Shown here: piece by piece, positions 16,776-24,000 of the stretch
Layout of the letters: each line of letters begins with the position of its first letter
Position numbering within the stretch: the stretch's first letter is position 1
From: Nitrospirales bacterium
Lineage (GTDB): Bacteria; Nitrospirota; Nitrospiria; Nitrospirales; UBA8639
DNA length: 24,000 nucleotides
Assembly: GCA_965248225.1 (NCBI GenBank)
Contig: CBDFIV010000015.1
Span: forward strand, 2,845,066-2,869,065
Direction: 5' to 3'
Notes under the pieces: model-generated
The model's database searches: none
Told to the model about the DNA's origin: nothing
The model's input: the letters and a program-made list of their open reading frames with translations, nothing else
Translations under genes and position numbers: made by a program

Positions 16776-16840
16776 TCATGACCCTCCTTTGGTCACAAAT
16801 TGTAGCTTAATGCCCTGTCCGAATTCCTGGGACCAGCTCT

Positions 16841-16843
16841 TAG
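16841..16843. repeat. TAG target-site duplication (right) of IS3 copy 2
   Basis: See 13273..13275. Confidence 0.6.
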
Positions 16844-16847
16844 GACC

Positions 16848-18473
16848 TCACGATTTCCTAACCATATACAATTCATACTGCCCTACTTGCCTGTTGAATT
16901 CCACTTCAAAGCTGGGATGATTCCATAGCCAACTTTCCTTAAGATGATTTTTTAATTGAAGTCGCTCTATCAAACTTGAAATCGGCTGAATCCCAGATAA
17001 GTCACCTAGCTGCTTCACGAATGTTGCTGGCGGATAGTATTTCCACCCCAAATAGAATACGGGGAATTTTTCAAGCATTTGAGCAACTTGACTAGCACTA
17101 TCCACATAGGCATTCCCGTACCAAAGCTTAATCTTATTTCGTGTCTCTTTCACCAGCTTTTCTTTTCCCTCTTCAAAGACTACCTGATTAATATTCTTAA
17201 TCGCCTTCGCGGGGTACATGACCCGAAGAAAATGAAAGTCCGTGTACGTCCATGGCACTAATAAGATTGAACTGGGATTGTCCTCCATAACCTGATCCAC
17301 CATACGAGTTAAGGATTTTTGATCTAACTCATAGGGCATTATGTTAAGAAGACCGTAGTTAACGAAAGTGATTATGCTAATTCCCAACCCCCAAACGAGC
17401 ATCTTGGCGCTGGAACTTTTCAACCTCTTCAATCCAGCATCAAGTCCAATAGCTCCTAATCCTGCCAAAGGCAACAACCCATTAAGTAAATACCTTGGCT
17501 CCACCATATAATTCCAGGTAATGAATAGATTTGGACCACATGCGAGAGTCAACCAAACGAAAAAAAATATAATGTTTTTTCTAGCCTGGGGGTTTTTTGA
17601 GAAAAGTGAGCTGCCAACAAAAAGATATGCCATTCCAGCAAATGTTAGAATACCCAAAATAGACATGCCATAGGACTTCATCCCAATTTGAGAATAATGC
17701 TCGAAATATTCAATGAGTGACCGAGGGTCAATCTGCATTAAAAATAGTACAGCGATATAACCAAGGAGGAAAACACTGAAGGTCACGCCAAGAACTTTCC
17801 AAATATGCTGAGTCTGTTTTGATTCCAAAGCAGTCAACGCGAATGCAATCGCAAAGCCTATAACACATAAAATACTGTCCAGCCTGGTTAATCCTGCCAA
17901 AAGCAATGTTCCCCCACTGAATGCAGCGAACAACTTCCAGCCAGGCCCTGGTCTATTCACCGCCTGTATAAAGAAACAGAGACTCACCGCTACAAATACC
18001 AGGGCCAATACCTCCGATAACAATTTCCCTCCAAGATAGGGCGTAATAGGCATAATGACCATACAAACCCATGCTAACCATGCAAGCCACTTATCTCTGA
18101 AGACTCCCTTAAAAGCAACGTATCCAAGGAGCGTTGTCATGCCCATTAATAGCATGGACGCCCAAACAGCCATAGTAAATCCGCCTTGATGGGGAGGAAG
18201 GATGGAGAACATGAATTTGAGCAAAGCGACATGAAGTATTTTGGCGATATAGAAACCACCAGAACTTGCTTCATCGAATTCTCCACCAATTTGTTCCGGA
18301 CTAAACTTTCCTCCCAATATATCTTCTATAAGGAAAAAATTTGCAGCATAGGTAAACCGAATTTCATGCCAATGATGGAGACCATCAAAGGACAACCACA
18401 TGAATGCTCCGCTTAGAGCGATAGTAATGAGAATTCTTCCATTGATCGGAATTGGGTACGTAGGGATCATCAT
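16848..18473 (-). CDS. Polytopic inner-membrane protein, GT-C-type (ArnT/PMT-like) glycosyltransferase candidate
   Basis: 541-aa ORF. About 11-13 hydrophobic helices lie in the first ~370 aa, followed by a ~170-aa soluble C-terminal domain. This architecture is typical of lipid-linked-sugar-dependent glycosyltransferases. I could not verify a catalytic motif by eye. Confidence 0.55.
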   Translation of the reverse strand: MMIPTYPIPINGRILITIALSGAFMWLSFDGLHHWHEIRFTYAANFFLIEDILGGKFSPEQIGGEFDEASSGGFYIAKILHVALLKFMFSILPPHQGGFTMAVWASMLLMGMTTLLGYVAFKGVFRDKWLAWLAWVCMVIMPITPYLGGKLLSEVLALVFVAVSLCFFIQAVNRPGPGWKLFAAFSGGTLLLAGLTRLDSILCVIGFAIAFALTALESKQTQHIWKVLGVTFSVFLLGYIAVLFLMQIDPRSLIEYFEHYSQIGMKSYGMSILGILTFAGMAYLFVGSSLFSKNPQARKNIIFFFVWLTLACGPNLFITWNYMVEPRYLLNGLLPLAGLGAIGLDAGLKRLKSSSAKMLVWGLGISIITFVNYGLLNIMPYELDQKSLTRMVDQVMEDNPSSILLVPWTYTDFHFLRVMYPAKAIKNINQVVFEEGKEKLVKETRNKIKLWYGNAYVDSASQVAQMLEKFPVFYLGWKYYPPATFVKQLGDLSGIQPISSLIERLQLKNHLKESWLWNHPSFEVEFNRQVGQYELYMVRKS

Positions 18474-18612
18474 TTATAAATTTGCTGCCGACCTGCCCCT
18501 GTTCTTTGGCCACTTCAGATGTGAGGTTTTCCGAATCAATGTCGGTTGCTCCGCTATGAATACGCCTTATTTCGACACGACCTTTCCGTCACGTGCCCTG
18601 ACGATTGTTCCC

Positions 18613-18741
18613 TCATAGGCCTTTCTGTGCGTTGAGCATTGCTTCTCCCCTTGTGAAAGCTTCCCTGGCTCTTGTTATCTGAAAGGCTGGTGCCCAAAAC
18701 ACTGTGGCGGGTGTCTGATACGCCAACGCACTGTCGGAACA
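18613..18741 (-). pseudogene. Displaced 3' end of the IS407-like OrfB
   Basis: The frame starting at 18741 reads CSDSALAYQTPATVFWAPAFQITRAREAFTRGEAMLNAQKGL*. The SALAYQTPA motif is the conserved segment that follows ...YNxERPH in IS3-family integrases. Confidence 0.7.
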
Positions 18742-18766
18742 TGTCAACTTATTATGGACAGTCACC

Positions 18767-19903
18767 TCAAAGATAACATCTCTTTCCTGTAGCCAGTGTC
18801 GGGAAATTCACGCTCTCTGTGATTACGCACTCATCCTCCGAATTCTTCACGATCGGGTTGATCGCTACCGTAGTAGGCGGCATCCGTATTGTTGGCTTGC
18901 CGCGAACCAATCGCTCTGGATTGCGCGCATGCCGCTGATCAAGGGCTTGTTGCTTCTGCTTGGCTACCTCGCGGTACCGCCCGGTGAAGACCTGCTCCGG
19001 AGTGAAACCCGCCAACCCACTATGATGGTGCTCGACGTTATACCAATCGAAGTACCCCTCACACCATTGTCTCGCATGCGCGACACTGTCGAATCGGCCC
19101 GAGTAATCAGGCTGATATTTTTGTGTTTTAAATTGACTCTCGCTGAATGGATTATCATTGCTCACTCTCGGGCGACTGTGACTGCAGGTGACACCCAGTT
19201 CCCGCATCAAATCCAGATACCCATGGGCAATCATCGGTGCCCCACGATCCTGATGCAACGTGAGCTGGCCAGGCTCAATACGGTATCGGGCCGTAGCTTC
19301 GTCCATGAGTTGTTTGGACAACGCACTGTTTTCTTTCACTGAGACCATCCAGGCCACCACAAAGCGACTGAACAAATCCAGCACGACAGACAGGGATGCA
19401 TACATGCCGCGGCGACTCAACGGGAGTTTCGTGATATCCCACGTCCAAACATCGTGTGGAGCTCTGGCTAATAACCTAGGGACAGCATAGTGCTGTGCTG
19501 GCCGCTGCTGGCGTCGCTCACCGTTCTCCTTCAGTTCACGGAGAATCCGGTGCATGGTGCTGACCGAACAATAGTACTGTTCTTGTTCGAGCAGACGTTG
19601 ATAGACTTCAGTCGGCGGTTGGTCACCATACGGTTCACTGTGCAGGAGCTCAATGACTGTCGTGCGCTCGCCAGCACTCAGCGCACGTGGCTGGGCCGAG
19701 TTTTTCCGTGACCGCCGCGGTGGCTCGTCATGATCGGCGCGCCGTTGCCAGGTATAGACCGTGCTTCGATTCAGCCCTAACGCATGGCAAGCCAGGGCCA
19801 GCGGTAAGCGTTGAGGACGTTCAGTGATGACCGTGTTCATGCATCGCACCCATTGCGCACGCGGTCGAGCATCGATAAGGATTTTTTTTGCAGCTCCAGA
19901 CAA
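18767..19903 (-). CDS. IS3-family OrfB (integrase core), expressed by -1 frameshift at the A8 run 19882..19889
   Basis: HTH segment LALACHALGLNRSTVYTWQRR. DDE core VWTWDITKLP...VVLDLFSRFVVAW...LHQDRGAPMIA...SNDNPFSESQFKTQKYQPDY...YNVEHHHSGLAGFTPEQVF. Confidence 0.9.
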   Translation of the reverse strand: MSGAAKKILIDARPRAQWVRCMNTVITERPQRLPLALACHALGLNRSTVYTWQRRADHDEPPRRSRKNSAQPRALSAGERTTVIELLHSEPYGDQPPTEVYQRLLEQEQYYCSVSTMHRILRELKENGERRQQRPAQHYAVPRLLARAPHDVWTWDITKLPLSRRGMYASLSVVLDLFSRFVVAWMVSVKENSALSKQLMDEATARYRIEPGQLTLHQDRGAPMIAHGYLDLMRELGVTCSHSRPRVSNDNPFSESQFKTQKYQPDYSGRFDSVAHARQWCEGYFDWYNVEHHHSGLAGFTPEQVFTGRYREVAKQKQQALDQRHARNPERLVRGKPTIRMPPTTVAINPIVKNSEDECVITESVNFPTLATGKRCYL

Positions 19904-20241
19904 TCAGTGGCAATTTCAAGTTGACGGTTCAGTCGGCTGTTTTCCTTCTCAAGCTGCTCAATGCGTCGTTGGGCTGGCGCTTTGGATGCTTTAGGGCCCG
20001 GCACACTTTTCTCTAAGCCCGCCACGCCATTCTCCGCAAATTCTCGTCGCCAATCAGCAAGCTGATTGTGGTACATCTTTTCGCGGCGCAGAAGGGCTCC
20101 GAGTTCGCCGTGCTTGCAGCCTTCGGTCTCTGCGATAAGGCGTAGCTTGTATTCCACGCTAAATGTGCGTCGCGCACGTTTCTCCAACGAGGGATCCGGT
20201 GTGCCCTCTGTCGTGGGTCCATCTGATACTGATTTTGGCAT
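19837..20241 (-). CDS. IS3-family OrfA
   Basis: RRTFSVEYKLRLIAETEGCKHGELGALLRREKMYHNQLADWRREF, plus a coiled-coil IEQLEKENSRLNRQLEIA. Ends just after CAA AAA AAA. Confidence 0.9.
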   Translation of the reverse strand: MPKSVSDGPTTEGTPDPSLEKRARRTFSVEYKLRLIAETEGCKHGELGALLRREKMYHNQLADWRREFAENGVAGLEKSVPGPKASKAPAQRRIEQLEKENSRLNRQLEIATDCLELQKKSLSMLDRVRNGCDA

Positions 20242-20314
20242 CTCATTTATCCTCTGTGTAGCGCCCTGAAATCTATGTTATCCCAAACAACAAGTGTATG
20301 GGAGCAGGTTGACA

Positions 20315-21100
20315 CACAGGGCCGTGAGGCCGTTCATGATTATACCTGTGCCGCCAATCCTCAATCACCACCCGTGCTTCCCTCAAGCTGTGAAAGCGTT
20401 CGGCATCGAGACATTTGCGGCGAAAGGTGCCATGACAGCTTTCATTGCTTCCGTTCTGCCACGGTTTGCCGGGTGTCATACGACTCGGCTTGATGCCCTG
20501 TTCGTCCAAAAATGTCGTCAAGGCTTGGGCAATGAATTCTGGCCCGTTAGCGCTCCGGATATACGTGGGGCGCTCATAGAGCCGTATCAGCCGGGTGAGC
20601 ACCTCGATGACCCGCTCATGCGAGAAGGAGCGCGCCACGACAATGCCCACACACCAGCGCGCGTTCCCATCCTTCACCGTCAGGCAACGAAATGCTTGAC
20701 CATCTATCGTGACATCGTGCACGAAATCCCAGTTCCAGCCCGCGTTCCTGGTCTGTGCCGTGGGCTGCAGTGTCGTCCCGGTTCGAATTTTCTTCCGTAC
20801 CTTCCGTTGAGGCCCCTGCAAGCCGCACTGGCGCCAGATGCGGTGCACACGCTTGAGATTGACACGCCACCCACGGCCCCGCAGAAAGCCCTCGACGAAG
20901 CGATAGCCCCACTGGGGATAATGCTTCGCCACCCCCCGTAAGACTTTCGCCAATCGCGCATCCCGTTTCGGCCGCTTCGCTTCATACCTCAGCCCGGAGC
21001 GAGCTGTCGTCCAGAGCCACGCCGCCCGTCGCAGACTCAGCCCCCGGGCACACGCGGCTTGGGCGACCTGCTGCCGTGCCCGAGGGCTTACCACTTTTTT
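20315..21100 (-). pseudogene. IS407-like OrfB, 5' three-quarters (truncated by the nested IS)
   Basis: After the A AAA AAG slip it reads VVSPRARQQVAQAACARGLSLRRAAWLW...WNWDFVHDVTIDGQAFRCLTVKDGNARW...SANGPEFIAQAL...GKPWQNGSNES...YNHERPHG. Recognisable similarity to IS3-type integrases then stops at the IS junction. The track ORF continues to 20273 through the inserted element's end. Confidence 0.8.
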
Positions 21101-21351
21101 GCCTGCAGTTCCTTCATGACTTCCACTTCGAGATCTCGTTCAGCTAAGACCTTCTTGAGGCGTGCATTGTCTTGCCGCAGTTGCCGTACTTCTTGGACGT
21201 CGTCCACCTCCATCTGCCCAAACTGGCGCTTCCAGCGATAGAGAGATTGCTCCGATACGCTATGCTGTCGAGCCGCGGCTTCAATGATGGTCGTTTCTGC
21301 GGCCCGTAAAATGCGCACAATCTGTTCTTCCCTGAAACGGTTCTTCTTCAT
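21088..21351 (-). CDS. IS407-like OrfA
   Basis: MKKNRFREEQIVRILRAAETTIIEAAARQHSVSEQSLYRWKRQFGQMEVDDVQEVRQLRQDNARLKKVLAERDLEVEVMKELQAKKW. The ATG at 21351 has GAGGAGG upstream. Confidence 0.9.
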   Translation of the reverse strand: MKKNRFREEQIVRILRAAETTIIEAAARQHSVSEQSLYRWKRQFGQMEVDDVQEVRQLRQDNARLKKVLAERDLEVEVMKELQAKKW

Positions 21352-21384
21352 ACTGGTCCTCCTCAGGTTGAGGAAAACCTCACA

Positions 21385-21649
21385 TATCAGATGGTCCAAG
21401 TTTCGGAGGGCACTCCAGAGCCTGATGCTTTTGTCGTTCGACGTCCCGAACCGTTAAATAATAGAGCCCTGGATCAAGAAGAGGCACGAATAACACAACA
21501 AAGGCCACTGCGAAGGAAAACCGGCCAAAATCTTCAACTCCGAGATAGCGAGCAGCAACCAAGTGCAATAAAAACAGTGCAAACGTTGTGATAGCTGAAG
21601 AAACGCCATGCACCACGGTATTCTTTAAAACCGACCCGTGTTCAGACAT
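21385..21649 (-). pseudogene. N-terminal stub of a Wzx/polysaccharide-biosynthesis-type flippase
   Basis: VLKNTVVHGVSSAITTFALFLLHLVAARYLGVEDFGRFSFAVAFVVLFVPLLDPGLYYLTVRDVER matches the usual N-terminal pattern of Polysacc_synt flippases. Only about 75 aa are recognisable, whereas such proteins are normally more than 400 aa. The ORF abuts the IS end at 21384. Confidence 0.6.
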
Positions 21650-22078
21650 TATTTACAAGACCATCTGTTCATAGATAGGAAAATGGGAAAGAATGGACAA
21701 GGAGCGGACACTTCGAAAAATTTCGGATACGTTCACCTTTCCTAGGAGAGAGATATTACTACATACAATTTCGCAATGAGATACAGTGTATTGGGATGAG
21801 AAAATCAGAAACGCAGGACTCGATTAATCAAAAGGAAAGACTGAATAACCAAGGTGTACATATAACGAGCTTGAATGTTCATTCAGGTGAGACGCCTCGT
21901 GAAATCAAACTGATCACTAAGTGCGTGTTATTGAATTAAAAGAAATCAGGTGTGGGGATCCCTGGCGATTTCAAGAAGAATCTGATCTTCTTCCAATTGC
22001 CATCATAGATCGGCCTGCTCCAAGACAGTCATCCCATTCTAAGGATTCAAGTTCATAAAGACGAGCTATTGTCAAATC

Positions 22079-23429
22079 TTGGGTATGACGTGACTAGGCG
22101 GCTATCCTGGTATCCGGTTCTCCATCAATGAATGCGATGCCCTTCATCATCTCGACGAGTCGATGGTAGCCTCGTAATCGTCGCCACGTTTTCTCTGCAC
22201 AGCGCACCAATTGGAACGCCATGGTTAACGCGGTGGCTCGAGACAGACAGCCTCGTGTTTTGGCCGTGCGTAAGCGCACCGTGGCAAACGTCGACTCAAT
22301 CGGATTCGTCGTCCGAATATGCTGCCAATGCTCTGCTGGAAACTGATAGAAGGCCAGGAGGGCCTCTCGATCGTTCTGTAGGCAGTCGGCGACTTTCGGG
22401 TATTTCGCCTCATAGATCTGGAGGAATCCGTCAAAGGCCTTGGTCGCTTGAGCTTGGGTGGGGGCCATCCAGATCTCGTGGAGCCCGGCCTTGGCTTTCG
22501 CCTGCAGGCTCTTCGGCAGTTTGTTCAACACGTTCGCGGTTTTATGCACCCAACACCGTTGTCCCTTAGTCGGACCATAGACTTGAGGCAGGGCTTTCCA
22601 GAATCCCAAGGCGCCATCGCCCGTCGCCAGATCTGGCCCCACCGTCAAGCCACGACGGTGCAGATTGAGGAGGAGGTCCTTCCAGGATTGTTCACTCTCC
22701 CGGATCCCATCCTCCACGGCGACCAACTCTTTGTGCCCGTCGGCGGTGGCCCCAATCACCACCAACAGACAGGGCGAGTCCTCCATTCGTACATTCACGT
22801 GCAGGCCATCCACCCAGAAATACACATACCGCTTCCCCGTCAGATCCCGCTGCTGCCACACGTCCCACTCGTGCTGCCAGCCAGCTTTCAACCGACACAC
22901 GGTGGCCGGGGAGAGTCCGGCGGGACTGCCCACAAGGGCCCGTAAGGCCTCGGAGAAATCTCCCGTCGAAATCCCTTTCAAATAGAGCCACGGAATCAAT
23001 TCCTCCAGGCTCTTGCTCCGCCGGAGATACCGGGGCAGGATTGTCGAGGTAAACGCAATCTGATCGACCTTGGGAATCTTCCGTTGATCGCGGACTCGCC
23101 GGCCTCGGACCGGGACACCCCCAATGCCCGTTTGAATGGTGCGTTCGGGGAGGTGCCCATTCCGCACAATCATGTGCCGTCCCTGGGCATCACGAATGTG
23201 GGCATGCGTCGCCAGAAAGGTCGTGACTTCCTCCTCCACCGCCTGAGCCAGTAATTCTCTGGCGCCCTGCCGTAAGACCTCCGTCAAGGGATCCTCCGTA
23301 CACTCATCATCTGGCTTTTGCTGCGCTGCATTGCTACGCTCGTTCATGGCGTATCCTCCTTTTGCTTGAAAGGGTGGTGATGTGCTTATCACCAGGATAC
23401 GCCGCCTTTGTCTTTCAGATCATCCCCAA
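22079..23429 (-). mobile_element. IS256-family insertion sequence (about 1.35 kb)
   Basis: Imperfect terminal inverted repeats: TTGGGTATGACGTG..ACTAGGCGGC-TATCCTGGT (22079 onward) versus TTGGGGATGATCTGAAAGACAAAGGCGGCGTATCCTGGT (23429 downward, minus). Single mutator-type transposase. No 8-9-bp target duplication found, so the boundaries are uncertain by a few bases up to about 15 bp. Confidence 0.7.
22094..23347 (-). CDS. IS256-family (Mutator-like) transposase
   Basis: LTEVLRQGARELLAQAVEEEVTTFLA...RNGHLPERTIQTGIGGVPVRGRRVRD...YVYFWVDGLHVNVR...LVVIGATADGHKELVAV...QRCWVHKTANVLNKLPK...TTNPIESTFATVRLR. The ATG at 23347 has AAGGAGG upstream; the track start at 23392 is probably too far upstream. 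Confidence 0.9.
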   Translation of the reverse strand: MNERSNAAQQKPDDECTEDPLTEVLRQGARELLAQAVEEEVTTFLATHAHIRDAQGRHMIVRNGHLPERTIQTGIGGVPVRGRRVRDQRKIPKVDQIAFTSTILPRYLRRSKSLEELIPWLYLKGISTGDFSEALRALVGSPAGLSPATVCRLKAGWQHEWDVWQQRDLTGKRYVYFWVDGLHVNVRMEDSPCLLVVIGATADGHKELVAVEDGIRESEQSWKDLLLNLHRRGLTVGPDLATGDGALGFWKALPQVYGPTKGQRCWVHKTANVLNKLPKSLQAKAKAGLHEIWMAPTQAQATKAFDGFLQIYEAKYPKVADCLQNDREALLAFYQFPAEHWQHIRTTNPIESTFATVRLRTAKTRGCLSRATALTMAFQLVRCAEKTWRRLRGYHRLVEMMKGIAFIDGEPDTRIAA

Positions 23430-24000
23430 CTTTTTAATATAACTCCATAAAGACCTGATTGAACCTCTTTACTTGACAGCTCATCTACATCGACAACTGC
23501 GGCTAATCCATCATAACCGGCCCCAGAGAACACGGCAATGAGATGTAGCTTGAGTAACTCCAACCCATTTTCAGAAAAAAGTGAAGTGATTTCTTTTGGT
23601 GTCTGCAAGTTATAGAAACTCGAAATTGAGGCAAGCTTGAGAAGACCTTCTGAATTATTTGCAACATACAAGGCCTTTCCAAATTATTTTTGTCGAAGTA
23701 GGGTCGTAATGAAATAATGCTTACTTCGAAAAGTACCAATGAAAACTCCTCCCTTCTTCAGGACCCGTCCGTATTCTTTCATGATTTCTTTGAATTGAGC
23801 ACAAGCATATAGCACGCCCACACATATTACAGCATCAAAACTGTAGCTGGGAATTTCAAGAAGAGATGTAAGAAGATCGCCAGAAATCCATTGCACGGAT
23901 ACTCCTTTTCCCTTTGCCCTCTCCTCCGCCATTGCCAAACTGGGTTTATGGAGTTCAATCCCGGTCACTGAATAGCCTGCTTCTGCTAAACTCACCGGCA
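23420..24000 (-). pseudogene. Class I SAM-dependent methyltransferase (5' end off-window) with an in-frame TAA. Its 3' end lies in the IS256 terminus.
   Basis: ...SLAEAGYSVTGIELHKPSLAMAEERAKGKGV...FDAVICVGVLYACAQFKEIMKEYGRVLKKGGVFIGTF. Then K-TAA(23683..23681)-FGKALYVANNSEG... continues in the same frame. The last codons, TGG GGA TGA, fall inside the IS256 inverted repeat. Confidence 0.6.

Larger units (their letters stand above)
13276..16840 (-). mobile_element. IS3-family insertion sequence, copy 2 (complete). 3565 bp including the intron, 1282 bp without it.
   Basis: Imperfect terminal inverted repeats: AGAGGTGGTCCCACTTCATTGGACAGG (13276 onward, plus strand) versus AGAGCTGGTCCCAGGAATTCGGACAGG (16840 downward, minus strand). 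OrfA plus frameshifted OrfB. Flanking TAG duplication. Confidence 0.85.
18742..20314 (-). mobile_element. IS3-family element (third type in this window), 1573 bp, nested in the IS407-like element
   Basis: Both ends carry TGTCAAC (18742..18748 plus; 20314..20308 minus), with GATAACAT 23-25 nt inside each end. OrfA and OrfB overlap with an A8 run. It separates the two halves of the host IS orfB. I could not resolve a target duplication. Confidence 0.75.
18520..21384 (-). mobile_element. IS3-family (IS407-like) element, about 1292 bp of its own sequence, interrupted by another IS
   Basis: Terminal inverted repeats TGTGAGGTTTTCC at 18520..18532 (plus) and 21384..21372 (minus). OrfA and OrfB are linked by A AAA AAG at 21094..21100. 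OrfB is split by the element at 18742..20314. Confidence 0.8.

Noticed and set aside
18554-18742. 62-aa minus-strand ORF MFRQCVGVSDTRHSVLG...
   Set aside because: It is in the wrong frame. The adjacent frame, starting at 18741, gives the conserved IS3 integrase tail SALAYQTPA. The region is therefore the displaced 3' end of the IS407-like orfB.
18515-21393. Possible target duplication for the IS407-like element: TCAGATG occurs at 18515..18521 and 21387..21393
   Set aside because: The right-hand copy is offset from the inverted-repeat end by 2 nt (CCTCACA-ta-TCAGATG), and part of the left copy overlaps the IR itself. It does not fit a clean 3-4-bp duplication, so I leave the duplication unresolved.

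Overview
By my boundary calls, about 11.7 kb of this 24-kb window (roughly half) is mobile DNA. It is inserted into a visibly lower-GC cell-envelope / glycan-modification locus of an unidentified bacterium.

Mobile content:
(i) Two directly oriented, essentially identical copies of an IS3-family element. Copy 1 is 1..3946 and is cut by the window edge. Copy 2 is 13276..16840 and has a 3-bp TAG target duplication. In both, the OrfB transposase gene is split by a sense-oriented group II intron of 2283 nt (GUGCG...AC ends, clear domains V and VI, 508-aa RT/maturase). In copy 1 the intron's RT gene is itself broken by an 806-bp IS5-family (IS427-like) element at a CTAG site, which gives three nested levels.
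(ii) A second nest: one IS3-family element (18742..20314) sits inside the orfB of another IS3/IS407-like element (18520..21384).
(iii) An IS256-family element at about 22079..23429.

Host genes:
- a minus-strand operon encoding a 64-aa membrane peptide, a 466-aa SAM methyltransferase and a 565-aa membrane-anchored sulfatase/LTA-synthase-like enzyme;
- a 1227-aa secreted protein built from nine near-identical 96-aa (288-bp) tandem modules, then an Ig-like segment and an SGNH/GDSL hydrolase domain, followed by a small secreted NTF2/DUF4878-like partner gene;
- a 541-aa polytopic GT-C-like membrane protein;
- a Wzx-like flippase stub;
- a methyltransferase with an in-frame stop.

I found no rRNA, tRNA or CRISPR array, and no recognisable defence or toxin system. 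The most unusual items are the apparently splicing-dependent IS3 transposase, which travels with its intron, and the mosaic, compositionally foreign repeat array of the SGNH protein. All functional calls come from motif recognition by eye; no database search was possible.
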